From Methylorubrum extorquens (GTDB lineage Bacteria > Pseudomonadota > Alphaproteobacteria > Rhizobiales > Beijerinckiaceae), in the NCBI GenBank assembly GCA_900234795.1, contig LT962688.1:3180001-3212000 (forward strand): a DNA stretch of 32,000 nucleotides, in the 5' to 3' direction; not shown here. Below are more notes on the stretch, generated by a model. That model did no database searches, was not told the DNA's origin, and worked only from the letters and a program-made list of their open reading frames with translations. Position 1 is the first letter of the stretch.

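Overview
High-GC window (by eye about two-thirds or more G+C). The composition and gene types look alphaproteobacterial, but that is only a guess. Every gene I can support is on the minus strand. About 91% of the window (2688..32000) is one uninterrupted reading frame that is still open at the right edge. It encodes 9,770 codons of a giant, almost cysteine-free, Ca-binding repeat protein whose true start lies outside the window. From N to C within the window it contains: (1) an Ala/Gly/Ser/Thr/Val-rich beta-helix-like region (about 29550-32000); (2) mixed beta-rich and globular inserts (26450-29550); (3) a helical region with a four-fold DYxxYWxxR motif (24950-26450); (4) more beta-helix plus three ~80-100-aa modules (22300-24950); (5) degenerate 20-25-aa repeats (20640-22300); (6) an Asp-rich module with irregularly spaced GGxGxDxF motifs (19400-20640); (7) three Calx-beta/Ig-like modules (18200-19400); (8) about 66 consecutive ~57-aa RTX-derived units (5915-17455), organised in nested near-identical super-repeats at 342-, 1206- and 1389-nt offsets; and (9) a ~1,075-aa C-terminal region with canonical RTX nonapeptides, isolated single RTX turns and a non-repeat tail (2691-5914). 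A strong hairpin follows the stop codon. Immediately downstream and co-directional are three enzyme genes: a P4H-like 2OG/Fe(II) oxygenase (1694..2518), a class I SAM methyltransferase (898..1719), and a B12-binding radical SAM gene (<1..759). The radical SAM gene is missing from the supplied ORF track because it runs off the left edge. I see no T1SS genes, toxin acyltransferase, mobile element, CRISPR array, tRNA or rRNA. The many long plus-strand ORFs (up to 3,895 aa) are antisense shadow frames of the repeat gene. The most interesting hypothesis is that the oxygenase-methyltransferase-radical SAM cassette tailors the giant repeat protein. This is inference from adjacency only.
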